Of a DNA stretch of 64,000 nt, positions 29,605-40,625 are shown piece after piece; position 1 is the first letter of the stretch, and each line of letters starts with the position of its first letter. The stretch is from Nitrospirota bacterium (GTDB taxonomy: Bacteria; Nitrospirota; UBA9217), in assembly GCA_963740085.1 (NCBI GenBank), contig CAVUCU010000003.1, forward strand, positions 32,001-96,000, given 5' to 3'. A program made the position numbers and the translations under genes. A model generated the notes under the pieces. That model was not told the DNA's origin. It saw only the letters and a list, made by a program, of their open reading frames with translations, and did not search any database.

Positions 29605-30783
29605 ATGAAGAACGAACTTTCGCCTGAAGCGAAAAGTGAAGGGAACGAAAGCGTGCCGGAAGCACCGGGACCTGCTCCAGCGGCGCTGCGCATGCCGGTT
29701 GATGTCAGCAGTTTTTCGCTCTCTCTGCTCACGGTGCTCGCGGTCATCTTCGTGCTGCATTGGGCCGCGGCGATATTCATCCCGTTGATGTTGGGTGTGA
29801 TGATCAGCTATGCGCTTTCTCCCCTCGTCAACCTGATGCAAAAATGGCGGATTCCGCGCGCTATCGGGGCCGCAGTATTGCTGCTCGTTATCGTGGGAGG
29901 GACCGTCTCTATCGCTTATTCGCTCAGCGACGATGCAGCCAAGATGATCGAAACCCTGCCCAGCGCCGCGCAGAAGATCCGCCTGGCGAGGCTCAAAGAC
30001 CGGGGAACGTCCAAAGGCACGATGGAAAATGTGCAAAAAACCGCGACCCAACTTGAGCGGGCAGCGAGTGAGACAGGCGCTCCGGAGCCTGCCGCTCCGA
30101 GCGGGGTGACGCGGGTGCAGATCGAAAAGCCAAAACTGAATATCAAAGACTACCTTTGGATGGGAACCAAGGGCGCCTTCGTGTTTGCCGGCCAGCTAAC
30201 CATGGTATTGTTTCTGGCGTATTTTATGATGGTTGCCGGCAACACGTTTCGGCGCAAGCTGGTCAAGATCACCGGCCCTGCCCTCAGCAAGAAAAAGATC
30301 ACCCTTCAAGTGCTGGATGAAATCGCCGGCCAGATCCAGCGCTATCTGCTGGTGCAGATATTCACCAGCTTTGTGGTGGGCATAGCGACCTGGCTCGCAT
30401 TTGTCTGGATCGGCCTGGAGAATGCGGCAATCTGGGGAATCGTAGCCGGGGTATTCAATACGGTGCCCTATCTCGGCCCGGTCATTGTTACCGGCGGCAC
30501 GGCGCTCGTGGCCTTTCTCCAATTCGGGACATTCAGCATGGCGTTTCTGGTTGCGGGCACCTCGCTCGTCATCACCAGTCTCGAAGGTTACCTGCTGACG
30601 CCGTGGCTTACCGGTCGGGCAAGCCGGATGAGCCCGGTGGTGGTTTTCGTCAGCGTACTGTTCTGGGGTTGGTTGTGGGGCGTGTGGGGGTTATTGCTGG
30701 GCGTGCCCATTATCATGATTCTCAAGGCGGTATGCGATCGGGTGGAGGAATTGAAGCCCATCGGCGAATTGCTCGGCGATTAG
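29605..30783 (+). CDS. AI-2E family transporter
   Basis: PLML..ISYALSP.V, FN.VPYLGP, LEGYLLTP, FWGWLWG.WG.LLGVP. Confidence 0.88.
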   Translation: MKNELSPEAKSEGNESVPEAPGPAPAALRMPVDVSSFSLSLLTVLAVIFVLHWAAAIFIPLMLGVMISYALSPLVNLMQKWRIPRAIGAAVLLLVIVGGTVSIAYSLSDDAAKMIETLPSAAQKIRLARLKDRGTSKGTMENVQKTATQLERAASETGAPEPAAPSGVTRVQIEKPKLNIKDYLWMGTKGAFVFAGQLTMVLFLAYFMMVAGNTFRRKLVKITGPALSKKKITLQVLDEIAGQIQRYLLVQIFTSFVVGIATWLAFVWIGLENAAIWGIVAGVFNTVPYLGPVIVTGGTALVAFLQFGTFSMAFLVAGTSLVITSLEGYLLTPWLTGRASRMSPVVVFVSVLFWGWLWGVWGLLLGVPIIMILKAVCDRVEELKPIGELLGD

Positions 30784-30939
30784 GAGTGAATTCTTAATTT
30801 CAGCACTCACGGCTTTTTTGATTTGGTCTATCATCGCACACTATTTCACTTCCAATTATTATCTTTCTGTACTAATGGGCGTAGCCGGCATTATCTTTAA
30901 TGGATTTATACAATCAACGGATGCATGGAGGTAACGCTG

Positions 30940-31209
30940 ATGTGTAGAAACATCAAAACCCTGTTCAACTTCGAACCGCCCGTAACGGATGAAGAGATTC
31001 GTGCGGCGGCACTGCAATTCGTGAGAAAAGTGAGCGGTTTCAATAAACCATCGAAAGCCAACGAAGCTGTGTTCCTTACGGCCGTTGACGAGGTAGCGGC
31101 AGTTTCCAGAAAACTTCTGAGCTCGCTTGAGACCAGCGCACCGCCCAGGAACCGTGCAGAAGAGGCCGCCAAGGCACGGGCGCGTGCTGCTCAGCGGTTT
31201 TCCACTTAA
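30940..31209 (+). CDS. DUF2277 family protein
   Basis: MCRNIKTLFNFEPP.T.EEIRAAALQFVRKVSG. Confidence 0.85.
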   Translation: MCRNIKTLFNFEPPVTDEEIRAAALQFVRKVSGFNKPSKANEAVFLTAVDEVAAVSRKLLSSLETSAPPRNRAEEAAKARARAAQRFST

Positions 31210-31247
31210 AACTGGCTGACTGGAGTTTTTTTCGCTACAATACGGCC

Positions 31248-32258
31248 ATGATCATCCCCTTCTTTATCCCTCATTCCGGCTGCCCGCACCAGTGCGTGTT
31301 CTGCAACCAGAAGAACATTACCGGCCAGGCAAAGCCGGTCCCATCTTCCGCGATCCCTCGGAAGATAACCGAGTACCTTGCCAGCACCAACTCCGTTGAG
31401 CCAGCACACGTGGCATTTTACGGCGGAAGCTTTACCGCCCTGCCGATTGAAACGCAGAAAACATATCTCATCGCTGTCCAACCCTTCATCCAGGCTTGTC
31501 ACATTGCAGATATCAGGCTCTCCACCCGGCCCGATCGCATCACCAACGAGGTCCTCAACCTGCTCAAGGAATATCACGTAACCACCATTGAACTCGGCGT
31601 CCAATCCATGGATGATGCGGTTCTCACCCGTTCCGGCCGTGGTCACACAGCAGCCGATACCGTGAATGCGGTAAAGCTTATAAAATCCCGTGATTTTCTG
31701 ATCGGCCTTCAGCTGATGCCCGGTTTGCCCGGTGATTCTGCCGAGAGCTTCATGAGAACGGCAAACAGGGTCATTGAGCTCAAGCCTGACTTCGTCAGAA
31801 TCTATCCCGCCCTCGTGATCAAAGACACACCGCTCGAAGACCTGTATACGACCGATCGCTATGTGCCGCTCTCTCTTCATGATGCCGTTGCGTTGTGCCG
31901 GGAAGCTCTCGAAAGGTTCGAACGGGCGGGAATCGACGTGATAAGGATCGGTTTGCAGCCGACAGAGGAGCTGGAAAAACACGGAACGATCGTGGCCGGA
32001 CCCTATCATCCCGCCTTTAGACAGCTGGTGGAATCTTCGATCTTATTGGATAAAATGCGGACCGCGTTGCGCGCTTTCAAGGGAAAGACAGGAGCGGTGA
32101 CTTTTCAGGTAAACCCGAAAGACCTTTCCGCCGCGATCGGTCAGCAGAGGTCCAATCTTAAGCAGCTTAAAAAAGAGTTCGGATTTCAGAAAATCCGCAT
32201 TATTGGCGGGGACAATGTTCCGGGGAGGCGTGAACCTGTTCTTATCTCAGCGGTTTAG
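31248..32258 (+). CDS. Elp3-like radical SAM protein
   Basis: FIPH.GCPHQCVFCNQ, AFYGGSFT, STRPD, IELGVQS, GPYHPAF. Confidence 0.88.
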   Translation: MIIPFFIPHSGCPHQCVFCNQKNITGQAKPVPSSAIPRKITEYLASTNSVEPAHVAFYGGSFTALPIETQKTYLIAVQPFIQACHIADIRLSTRPDRITNEVLNLLKEYHVTTIELGVQSMDDAVLTRSGRGHTAADTVNAVKLIKSRDFLIGLQLMPGLPGDSAESFMRTANRVIELKPDFVRIYPALVIKDTPLEDLYTTDRYVPLSLHDAVALCREALERFERAGIDVIRIGLQPTEELEKHGTIVAGPYHPAFRQLVESSILLDKMRTALRAFKGKTGAVTFQVNPKDLSAAIGQQRSNLKQLKKEFGFQKIRIIGGDNVPGRREPVLISAV

Positions 32259-32433
32259 TTCTTAAAGAGTCAGATTCAGTCAAAACGGAAATAAATTTTC
32301 GCGCAGGGGGCGCAAAGGAAATCTTAAGACTTGGTTTAAAATTGCCTCTCTCTGCGGGCCTGGCGCCTTTCCGAGAGACGCCGTTGATGTCCACCTTTTG
32401 GCTCCGGCTTGTTCCGATTAGGAATGGATAATA

Positions 32434-32625
32434 TCAACCCTGCTCTGCAATGACAATGCGGTTCTTGACCAGCGAAACCTCACGAACTTCGCCGCGCACC
32501 TTTTTCTCTTCCCCGAACAGGTTCCGAACCACCACCTCGCCGTTCTCGACGCGAACCTGATTTACCGACTCAAGGAGCAGTTCGTCTTTACCTTGTTTCT
32601 TCACATAGGCACTCAGATCACACAT
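32434..32625 (-). CDS. CooT family nickel-binding protein
   Basis: MC..AY start, LLLESV, NLFGE.K; 63 aa. Confidence 0.8.
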   Translation of the reverse strand: MCDLSAYVKKQGKDELLLESVNQVRVENGEVVVRNLFGEEKKVRGEVREVSLVKNRIVIAEQG

Positions 32626-33193
32626 TTTTCACACACCTTCCCGTTTTGAAGAACCCTTGAAAACAGCAAACCCGCCGGCATCAATACAGGGAGGGCTATT
32701 TTCTTACGTTCTTATCGCTGCTGTCAGGAAGCGCTTCCCGCCTGGCTGAACCAGCCTTCTGCGTTACACCCCTGCTTTCCGACAGGTAAGACAGGGTGCC
32801 ACACCTGCGTTTCGCGGACTTTACATCCGATGGGCGCAGCTTCTTGCCGCTATTGTCTTCTTTATGCTTCATGCATCAGCACCAGCAATGTTTTTCTCTG
32901 AATCATCTATACCACGCGCCCTGAAAGAAATCAAGGCAAAACGAAAAACCGGGATTCAAAACAGTCCGGGGTCTGATCAGAAAGAATCTTCTCTTCACAA
33001 AGTATAAACAGCGGATGCGTTGTACCCTATTCACGCGTGAGAACGCGTTGGGATCTGAGTTTGTTGATCAGTTTATGACAACATGAGGCCAGAAAAAAGG
33101 TATAATAAATAAACAATGACATGATCACGTTGCATCATTCCAAAGTCTTATGGTCAAGATAGTCATCCCACATTCTAAAAGGAGGAACCAGCC

Positions 33194-33478
33194 ATGCCGT
33201 ACTATGTGATCTTGAGCAACCTGACAGACGAAGGCCGCAGGACCATCAAGCAGAAGCCGGAACGGATCGTAGAAGTGAACAGGGAAATCGAGACTATGGG
33301 TGTTAAAATACACAAGCAATACGCACTGCTTGGTTCCTATGACTTTGTGAACATCGTCGAGGCGCCGAACAACGAGACGGTGATGAAGATGTCCGTAGAG
33401 ATAGGCGCACGGGGGTCGGTCCAGATGACGACGCTCCCGGCACTGCCCGTGGAGGAGTTCATCAAGAAGATCAAGTAG
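33194..33478 (+). CDS. GYD domain protein
   Basis: LTDEG, YALLGSYDFV.IVEAP; AGGAGG SD. Confidence 0.85.
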   Translation: MPYYVILSNLTDEGRRTIKQKPERIVEVNREIETMGVKIHKQYALLGSYDFVNIVEAPNNETVMKMSVEIGARGSVQMTTLPALPVEEFIKKIK

Positions 33479-33520
33479 CGAAAAGGCCGGCTTCCTTGTT
33501 GTCCCCGGTATTTCGAGTGA

Positions 33521-34258
33521 TCATATCCTTGATGCCGCAGCTTTATCGATAAACCAGGAGAGTGTGCCATTGACCGGTTGTACACGTCCCGCGGGGTACT
33601 GACCCTTCTTGCCGGACTTCAGGACCTCATACACGATGTTTGCCTTGTCATTGCCGGCAACCAGAAAAAGAATGTCAGCCGCCCGGTTTAAAACCGGGAG
33701 CGTAAGGGACACGCGGCTGACCTCGGGTTTCTCCCGGTATACGGGGACAACTTCTCTGTTCCTTTCCTGCAGCAATGCCGATCCCGGAAAAAGTGATGCG
33801 GTATGTCCATCGGCACCTGCTCCCAGGATCACAAGATCAAAACCCGGCTTGCGGGAAGCGCCAAAGAATCGGTGCAGCTCTTCCTCATACGCTGCAGCCG
33901 CAGGCTCGGGCCCGTTCTCGCCCTGGATCCGGTGAATATTTTCCCGCGGGACTATGGCTTTTAACTGCATCATGTCTTCGACAAGCTTGTAATTGCTTTC
34001 CTCATGCGACGGGGCGACGCACCGCTCATCAGCCCAGAAAAAGTGGACCCCCTTCCAGTCGATTTTTTCACGGTACGGTGAAGAGCCAAGAAGCGAATAG
34101 AGAAGACGCGGCGTGGAACCGCCGGAAAGAGCAGTTGCGAACCTCCCGCGTGAGAGTATCGCGGCCTTGGAGAGGGAAACAAAGCGTTCTGCTGCCGCGC
34201 GGCTGAGCGAATCGATATCCGGGAATACCGAGATCTGCGGATGCGGGTCGTTGCTCAC
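33521..34258 (-). CDS. pgl: 6-phosphogluconolactonase
   Basis: [29 protein letters not shown]; GTG start overlapping the zwf stop (GTGA). Confidence 0.93.
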   Translation of the reverse strand: MSNDPHPQISVFPDIDSLSRAAAERFVSLSKAAILSRGRFATALSGGSTPRLLYSLLGSSPYREKIDWKGVHFFWADERCVAPSHEESNYKLVEDMMQLKAIVPRENIHRIQGENGPEPAAAAYEEELHRFFGASRKPGFDLVILGAGADGHTASLFPGSALLQERNREVVPVYREKPEVSRVSLTLPVLNRAADILFLVAGNDKANIVYEVLKSGKKGQYPAGRVQPVNGTLSWFIDKAAASRI

Positions 34259-35784
34259 AAGGGTCTCCAGGTACGGTTGTCCTTTTCGATCAACGGCAAC
34301 GCCTCTGTTGGTCCGGACGATCCCGATGCATAGTGAGGGATGTCCACTGCCGGTGATCCGGTTTCGAACTGTTCGATCACCGGTGTAAGCAAAGACCACA
34401 TCTGTTCCACGCCGTCCTGCCTTGTAAACAACATATGGTCCCCAAGCATGCAATCGAGCAGGACCCACTCATATGCGTCCAGATGCGCTCCCCGGGGATA
34501 GGTGTAGTCCATGACCACAGGATCGAGGCATATCTTCGAACCGGGAGATTTGATCTGATAGGTCAGGCTCATACCCTCGTCGGGCTGTACCCGCAGCACG
34601 AGGGTATCGGGATCAATGGGCCCGCCAACGGTCGCGGGAAACAGGGAGTAAGGAACCCGTTTAAAATAAATGGCGATCTCCGTTTTTCTGGCCGAAAGCC
34701 TCTTGCCGGACCTGAGATAAAAGGGCACATCGTTCCACCGCCAGTTGTCGATGAAAACCTTCAGCGCAGCGAATGTAGGAGTAGTTGATCCGCCGGACAC
34801 CCCCTCTTCCTCCCGGTAGCCGATGACCGGCGATTCCCGGATCGTGCCCCTAGCGTATTGTCCGATGACCACCTGCTCGTTCAGGCGATCGAGTGAAAAC
34901 GGGCGGATGGATCGGAGCACCTTTACCTTTTCGTCCCGCACGAGGTCGGCTTCGAACGCTGGCGGCGCTTCCATTGCGATGATGGCGAGCAATTGGAACA
35001 TATGGTTCTGGAACATATCTCTGAGCACGCCGGACCTTTCATAGTATCCCGCCCGGTGCTCCACACCGAGCGTCTCGGCAGCGGTTATCTGTACATGGTC
35101 GATGTACCGCCTGTTCCAGAGCGGCTCAAAGATCGAATTGGCGAACCGGAACATGAGGATGTTCTGGACAGTTTCCTTTGCCAGATAGTGGTCGATGCGA
35201 AATACCTGGTGTTCCTGAAAATGCGCGAGAAGGACCATGCTCAGTTTGCGCGCCGATTCGAGATCACGTCCAAATGGCTTCTCGATCACGATCCTGCTGC
35301 TTCCCGTTTCTTCCCGCGCAAGCCCTGCCGCACCAAGATTCCGGATGATCTCCTCATACACGGTCGGGGGAACAGAGAGATAGAATATGCGCGAGCCCCG
35401 GGTCCGGTGTTTCTGTTCGAGCGCGGGGAGGATATCGCGGAGTTTCGGGCCGTAGGCCGCGGGATCGCCGTAGTCGAAGACCGAGTGATAAAGCATCGCG
35501 GAAAACGAATTCCAGTCGTTCTGGTCGAACGCTTCTGGCATCGCTTCCTTCACCGCAGCGAGCATGGTTTCGCGAAAGCGTTCCGTACCGATATCGTGCC
35601 TGCTCGTCCCGAGAATGAAAAACGCTTCGGGAAGCATCCGGCTGGCGTAAAGGCGGTACAGGGAAGGCAGCAGCTTTCGCTTCGCAAGATCCCCGGAGGC
35701 GCCGAATATGACCAGGCAGCAGGGCTTCGGCACCTCGATCTCACAGCCGTTTACGGTCTTGTAGCGTGGAATTGTTGCGCCCAT
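34255..35784 (-). CDS. zwf: glucose-6-phosphate dehydrogenase
   Basis: [44 protein letters not shown]. Confidence 0.96.
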   Translation of the reverse strand: MGATIPRYKTVNGCEIEVPKPCCLVIFGASGDLAKRKLLPSLYRLYASRMLPEAFFILGTSRHDIGTERFRETMLAAVKEAMPEAFDQNDWNSFSAMLYHSVFDYGDPAAYGPKLRDILPALEQKHRTRGSRIFYLSVPPTVYEEIIRNLGAAGLAREETGSSRIVIEKPFGRDLESARKLSMVLLAHFQEHQVFRIDHYLAKETVQNILMFRFANSIFEPLWNRRYIDHVQITAAETLGVEHRAGYYERSGVLRDMFQNHMFQLLAIIAMEAPPAFEADLVRDEKVKVLRSIRPFSLDRLNEQVVIGQYARGTIRESPVIGYREEEGVSGGSTTPTFAALKVFIDNWRWNDVPFYLRSGKRLSARKTEIAIYFKRVPYSLFPATVGGPIDPDTLVLRVQPDEGMSLTYQIKSPGSKICLDPVVMDYTYPRGAHLDAYEWVLLDCMLGDHMLFTRQDGVEQMWSLLTPVIEQFETGSPAVDIPHYASGSSGPTEALPLIEKDNRTWRPL

Positions 35785-35785
35785 A

Positions 35786-36649
35786 TTATTTTATCAGCGC
35801 GTTCCAATCCGCCGAGAACCTCTCCATTCCCTTGTCCGTCAGGTCATGACGGATATCAAAGGATTCCCATGGCTTGGAGAGGTCAAGCTCGCGGAATGGG
35901 ATCGCCTTCAATCCTTTCGCGTCATAGTGGTACTCATTGCCGGGGATGGGCAGCCCCTTCTCCCCCCACGCCTTGATCATTTCAAACGGTGCGGTAATGA
36001 TGTCGGAACCGAGCCTGAGCGCGTACAGGAAATGGTCGACAGACCTGACGCTTGCGGTCAGCACCTCCACATGGTCATCGCCTTTCCCATACATCCTGAT
36101 GATATTGGCGATGAGGTCCATGCCGTTCTCTCCGCGATCGTCCAGCCGGCCGATGAACGGGGAGAGGAAAACCTGCCCTTTCTGCGCGCCCTGCGTTGCC
36201 GCATACACAGCGGCGGCCTGTTCCTGCGTGAATACCAGCGTCATATTCACCCGAAGGCCCGCCTTGACGGCCTGCTGTGCCGCTTTCAGGCCTTCCCGGG
36301 ACGTGGGGAACTTGATGTGCGCGTTCGGGATCCAGGTGAACATCTCCCTGCCCTGCTTCAGCATTTCACCGGCCGGTGTCGAGGCATCGGCATAGACCTC
36401 GATGGATATCGAACCCTTCGGCAGGAGGCCTGAAAGAGTGTTGACGACGCCGCGATAAAAGGTGAATATCTCCTCCTTGCTGAATTTGTTGCCCTGCTCA
36501 AGCCGCTTCCGGGCCTCCGGGTTCTTCGAGATGAGCGTAGGGTTCGTGGTCTGTCCATCAAGGAACCCGATCTGTTTGAGCACTGCCTTTGTCTCTTCCG
36601 GGTTTCCGCCGTCCAGAAAAATCCTTGTCTTCATGTTCTTCGGTCTCAT
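35786..36649 (-). CDS. tal: transaldolase family protein
   Basis: [34 protein letters not shown]. Confidence 0.88.
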   Translation of the reverse strand: MRPKNMKTRIFLDGGNPEETKAVLKQIGFLDGQTTNPTLISKNPEARKRLEQGNKFSKEEIFTFYRGVVNTLSGLLPKGSISIEVYADASTPAGEMLKQGREMFTWIPNAHIKFPTSREGLKAAQQAVKAGLRVNMTLVFTQEQAAAVYAATQGAQKGQVFLSPFIGRLDDRGENGMDLIANIIRMYGKGDDHVEVLTASVRSVDHFLYALRLGSDIITAPFEMIKAWGEKGLPIPGNEYHYDAKGLKAIPFRELDLSKPWESFDIRHDLTDKGMERFSADWNALIK

Positions 36650-36684
36650 AGAATCTCCTTTACTTTTATAGGTATCGTTAAAAT

Positions 36685-36810
36685 CTAACCACAGAGAAAT
36701 CAGAGAAGTCCTTAAAGCGTGGAAACTCCTTTTAGTGAATTCATTAAATCTTCTATCACAGAGTGTAAAGAGTTTTTTAAAATTCTTTTCTCCGTGTCCT
36801 CTGTGGTTAG
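36685..36810. repeat. ACCACAGAG-type intergenic inverted repeat
   Basis: CTAACCACAGAG ... CTCTGTGGTTAG; related copy at 55522-55597. Confidence 0.7.
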
Positions 36811-38645
36811 CCTTTTAGTATCTCCTTTACTTTTTTCATAATGGCCTTGCTCGATATCTCTTCATAGTCAAGAAGCTCCTTCGGCTGCCCGCTCTTCGGA
36901 ATTTTTCGCACTGCAAGGGAATGTATGGCCGCGGGTACGCCGGCAAGCGCGCTCCTGACCGCCTCGCCCATCCCGCCTTCGGCGAAATGGTCTTCCACCG
37001 TGATGATCCTCCCCGTATCGTGCGCGGCCCCGGTAAGCGTCTGAACATCGATCGGTTTGATGCTGTACAGGTCGATCACGCCGATGAATATGCCTTCCTT
37101 CTTCAATTTCTCATATGCCGCAAGTGCCTCATGGAGCGTGATCCCTGCCGCGGCCACCGTGGCTACATCTCTCGCGCTCCTCTTCAGCACCTTGCTGCCT
37201 CCGATGCGGAATACCTCGTCGTTGCGGTAAATGACCGGCGTGTTCTCTCGCGTGGTTCGCAGATACACGATCCCCCTGTGACTTGCCGCTTCTTCCACCA
37301 GTTTCTCGGCTGATACCGCGTCCGATGGATAGAGGATCACGCTGTTCAGGATGGTCCTGAACAGGGCAATGTCCTCGAGACCCATCTGCGAAGAGCCGTC
37401 CACCCCTATTGAAACGCCCGAGTGGGACCCGCAGAACTTGATGTTCGCATCAGAGTATTGGCACATGCGTATCTGGTCAAAGGCACGAGTCAGGAATGCG
37501 GCGAACGTGGATACGAAAGGGACCCTGCCGCGCAGGGAAAGACCCAGGGCGTTGCCCACCATGTTCTGCTCGGCGATGAACATCTCGAAGAACCGGTCCG
37601 GCCAGGCCTTCTTGAATATCTCGGCAAAGGTCGAATTGCTGACCTCGGCATCAAGCACGACGATCTCAGGGTATTGGGGGTACAGCCGTTCAAGCGCTGT
37701 GCCGTAGGCGTGCCTCGTAGACACTGGATTGTCCGGGGAGTACAAGACCGGTTCGGCCTTCCCGGCTTTCCGGTCCACCGGCTTGATATCCTCGGGGCTC
37801 TGAATCTCGCCGCGGATCGTTAGATCGAGCGGCCCGAGCTCTTCGAGCGCGCGAAGGAGTTCATCCTTCTTGAGCGCCTTGCCGTGCCAGCCGTTCTTGT
37901 CCTCGATGAACGATATGCCTTTCCCCTTTACGGTCTTTGCGATGATCATGACCGGCTTGTCATGGACCCGGCCGGCCTGTTCATAGGCGGTAAGTATCTG
38001 CGGCAAGTGGTGTCCATCGATCACGATCGGCTCCCATCCGAAGGCAGAGGCCTTTTTCTTATATACCTCCAGGTCGTAGCCATACATGGTCTCCCCGCGC
38101 TGTCCAAGCCGGTTCACGTCGAGGACGCCGACAAGGTTGTCAAGTTTGTAATACGCGGCGATCTCCATTGCCTCCCATTGCGAACCCTCGGCCATCTCGC
38201 TGTCGCCAAGGAGGACATACGTGCGATAGGGAAGTTTGTCGATATACTTGGCGTTCAGGGCCATACCAACGCCGATCGAAAGCCCCTGACCGAGCGAGCC
38301 GGTTGCCGCCTCGGTATAGGTGAATGCCGGTGTCGGATGACCTTCCAAAGGACTGCCGAATTTTCTCAGGGTCATCATCTCCTGTCCGGTCACCTTTCCG
38401 GCGGCAAGCCAGAGCGAGTAAAAGAGAGGCGATGCGTGTCCCTTGGAAAATATAAGCCGGTCATTGTTCGGGTGCTTCGGCATGTCCGCGTCGAACCGGA
38501 ACGCGCCGCCGAACAGCAGGCCGGTCATCAGGTCGGCGGCCGAGAGGGACGAGGTCGGATGTCCGGAGCCTGCCTCGGTTGTCGAGACAAGGCTCCAGTA
38601 GCGGATCAGTTTTGCAAGCTTTTCCAATTTAACAATATCTGACAT
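36807..38645 (-). CDS. tkt: transketolase
   Basis: SGHPTSS, SKGHA, LEGHP, TGSLGQG, GD.E..EG, IAEQN, DG.SQ..LED. Confidence 0.94.
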   Translation of the reverse strand: MSDIVKLEKLAKLIRYWSLVSTTEAGSGHPTSSLSAADLMTGLLFGGAFRFDADMPKHPNNDRLIFSKGHASPLFYSLWLAAGKVTGQEMMTLRKFGSPLEGHPTPAFTYTEAATGSLGQGLSIGVGMALNAKYIDKLPYRTYVLLGDSEMAEGSQWEAMEIAAYYKLDNLVGVLDVNRLGQRGETMYGYDLEVYKKKASAFGWEPIVIDGHHLPQILTAYEQAGRVHDKPVMIIAKTVKGKGISFIEDKNGWHGKALKKDELLRALEELGPLDLTIRGEIQSPEDIKPVDRKAGKAEPVLYSPDNPVSTRHAYGTALERLYPQYPEIVVLDAEVSNSTFAEIFKKAWPDRFFEMFIAEQNMVGNALGLSLRGRVPFVSTFAAFLTRAFDQIRMCQYSDANIKFCGSHSGVSIGVDGSSQMGLEDIALFRTILNSVILYPSDAVSAEKLVEEAASHRGIVYLRTTRENTPVIYRNDEVFRIGGSKVLKRSARDVATVAAAGITLHEALAAYEKLKKEGIFIGVIDLYSIKPIDVQTLTGAAHDTGRIITVEDHFAEGGMGEAVRSALAGVPAAIHSLAVRKIPKSGQPKELLDYEEISSKAIMKKVKEILKG

Positions 38646-38728
38646 TTTTTCTCCTTATACCTGTGGGGGACGGTTAAAAGTGCTTTGCTGACAAAGATAG
38701 TTAATTTTGAGTCAAATTATTGTGTTGA

Positions 38729-38832
38729 CATGCAACCACCCCTCACCTTAATCCTCTCCCCTGATGGGAGAGGAAATAAAAAACTCCCTCGCCCCATCGG
38801 GGAGAGGGCTGGGGTGAGGGGGTTTTTGCATG
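38729..38832. repeat. CCCCTCACC...GGTGAGGGG double-hairpin REP-like element
   Basis: Nested inverted repeats flanked by CATGCAA/TTGCATG; related copy at 60647-60724. Confidence 0.8.
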
Positions 38833-38862
38833 ATGAGTTGGTCTGATACAATGTCTCTCTAA

Positions 38863-39762
38863 TTATTTATTCTCTTTCACCTCGTGTCCCCCAAACTGAT
38901 TTCTCATTGCGGACACAAGCTTGCCGGTATAACTCGGATGTGCCTGGGACTGGATGCGAAACTCGAGTGCGCCCTGAATGATCGGCGTTGGGACACCGAG
39001 CTCTTTTCCCGCTTCAACGGTCCACATCCCTTCGCCGCTCTGGGCAGCCGATCCCGAGATGTCCCTGAGGTCTTCTCCGTACCGTGCAAAGGCGCTCTGC
39101 AGCCAGCCCACCAGCCGCGATTCGATCACGCTCTTGTGGTTGTATACATCGGTGATCCTGGTGAGTTCAAGCCCGAAACCGGATGACTTCATGATTGCGA
39201 ACCCCTCTGCCAGCGCCTGCATCATACCATACTCGATCCCGTTATGGACCATTTTCACAAAATGGCCCGCTCCCGGCCCTCCCATGTATCCGTATCCATC
39301 GGGAACTGAAAGGTCCCGGAACAAGGCCTCGAACTTCTGAAATACTTCCTTCCTGCCGCCCACCATGATACAGGCGCCGCTCCGTGCGCCTGCCGGCCCC
39401 CCGCTCACCCCTGCATCGAGGAAATCAATGCCCTTCGTTGCCAACTCCTTCGACCGACGGATCGATTCCTTGTAGGGAGAGTTGCCTCCATCGATCAGCG
39501 TGTCTCCCTTTGCGAGAAGCGGGGTAAGTTCATTCAAGACAGGGTCTACCGCTTGATACGGGATCATTATCCAGAGCAGGCGCGGCGAAACAAGGGCCGA
39601 TACGATTTCCTTGAGAGATCCGGCCGGTTGAGCTCCTCGCTGTGCGATTTTTAGAGTTGGTTCCTCGCTCCTGTTGTAGACAACAACTTCATACTTCTTG
39701 TCCAGAAGCAACTCGACCATGTTGTATCCCATTTTGCCCAGACCGATGTAGCCGAGTTTCAT
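38863..39762 (-). CDS. gnd: 6-phosphogluconate dehydrogenase (decarboxylating, short form)
   Basis: IGLGKMG, IDGGNS, D.GVSGG, GHFVKMVHNGIEYG, AMRNQFGGH. Confidence 0.94.
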   Translation of the reverse strand: MKLGYIGLGKMGYNMVELLLDKKYEVVVYNRSEEPTLKIAQRGAQPAGSLKEIVSALVSPRLLWIMIPYQAVDPVLNELTPLLAKGDTLIDGGNSPYKESIRRSKELATKGIDFLDAGVSGGPAGARSGACIMVGGRKEVFQKFEALFRDLSVPDGYGYMGGPGAGHFVKMVHNGIEYGMMQALAEGFAIMKSSGFGLELTRITDVYNHKSVIESRLVGWLQSAFARYGEDLRDISGSAAQSGEGMWTVEAGKELGVPTPIIQGALEFRIQSQAHPSYTGKLVSAMRNQFGGHEVKENK

Positions 39763-39807
39763 GATGACCTCCTCTTCTTACTGCCGCCTACAACCTTAAA
39801 ACATTTT

Positions 39808-39832
39808 CGTCATTCCCGCGAAAGCGGGAATC
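39808..39832. repeat. REP-like hairpin CGTCATTCCCGCGAAAGCGGGAATC
   Basis: ATTCCCGC-GAAA-GCGGGAAT perfect stem. Confidence 0.7.
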
Positions 39833-39867
39833 TACCGTGGTCTGCCCCAATTGCGATCTTCATAGTT

Positions 39868-40551
39868 TCACGCACCTCCCTTTTTGCCTTTGAACTTCTG
39901 ATAGAGCACCGGAACAAGTGCGAATAATCCCAGCAGGGCAAAGGACCCGAGCACCCGGGGCGAAGCGACCTCGCTCACACTGGTGATCGTTGCAAGACTT
40001 GCGCCTGCGTTGCAGAACACGAAACTTCCCGGGATGATGCCGATCATGGTCCCGAAGAAGAATGTGCGCAGGGGAACCTTCGTAAGCCCCGCCCCCAGGT
40101 TGATCAGAAAAAAGGGAAAGAGCGGGACCAGCCGCAGGAACAGGAGGTAGTTGAACCCTCGTGTCTCGAGTTCCCTGTTCATTTTTTCAAGACGGGGTCC
40201 GAATTTGTTCTGGATCGCGTCGCGAAACAGGTAGCGGGCCACCAGGAAGGCCAGGGTAGCGCCGATCGTGGCGCCGATATTGACGTACAGGGTCCCCATG
40301 ACAGCTCCGAATATGGCGCCTGCCGCGAGAGAGAGGATCGCCGCTCCGGGGAGAGAGAGCGCGCTCTGGATGATATAGATGGCGATAAATGCACCGGCCA
40401 TGACGAAACGGTTCTCCTGATAGAACGTTGTCAGCGCATCGCGGTTGGTCTTGAGCGATTCGAGAGTAAGGAACCTTCCCAGGTCGAACGCAAAGAAGAG
40501 CGCGATAAGCCCTGCCACGACCGCCGCGATGAGGAGCTTTTTTTTATTCAC
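39868..40551 (-). CDS. TVP38/TMEM64 (DedA/VTT) family membrane protein
   Basis: LSLPG...L.AGA.FG, GAT.AFL.ARY, LRLVP.FPFF.IN. Confidence 0.9.
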   Translation of the reverse strand: MNKKKLLIAAVVAGLIALFFAFDLGRFLTLESLKTNRDALTTFYQENRFVMAGAFIAIYIIQSALSLPGAAILSLAAGAIFGAVMGTLYVNIGATIGATLAFLVARYLFRDAIQNKFGPRLEKMNRELETRGFNYLLFLRLVPLFPFFLINLGAGLTKVPLRTFFFGTMIGIIPGSFVFCNAGASLATITSVSEVASPRVLGSFALLGLFALVPVLYQKFKGKKGGA

Positions 40552-40625
40552 ACGATCTCCTTATTTTGAATATCACGTCACTTCCAGCCGCGCATGCCTG
40601 TCGATGCATCATCATTTGAACCGTC

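Noticed and set aside
32934-32990. c-di-GMP-I riboswitch (GGCAAA...GGGATTCAAAAC...GGTCT)
   Set aside because: Only scattered motif similarity; the required stems cannot be formed
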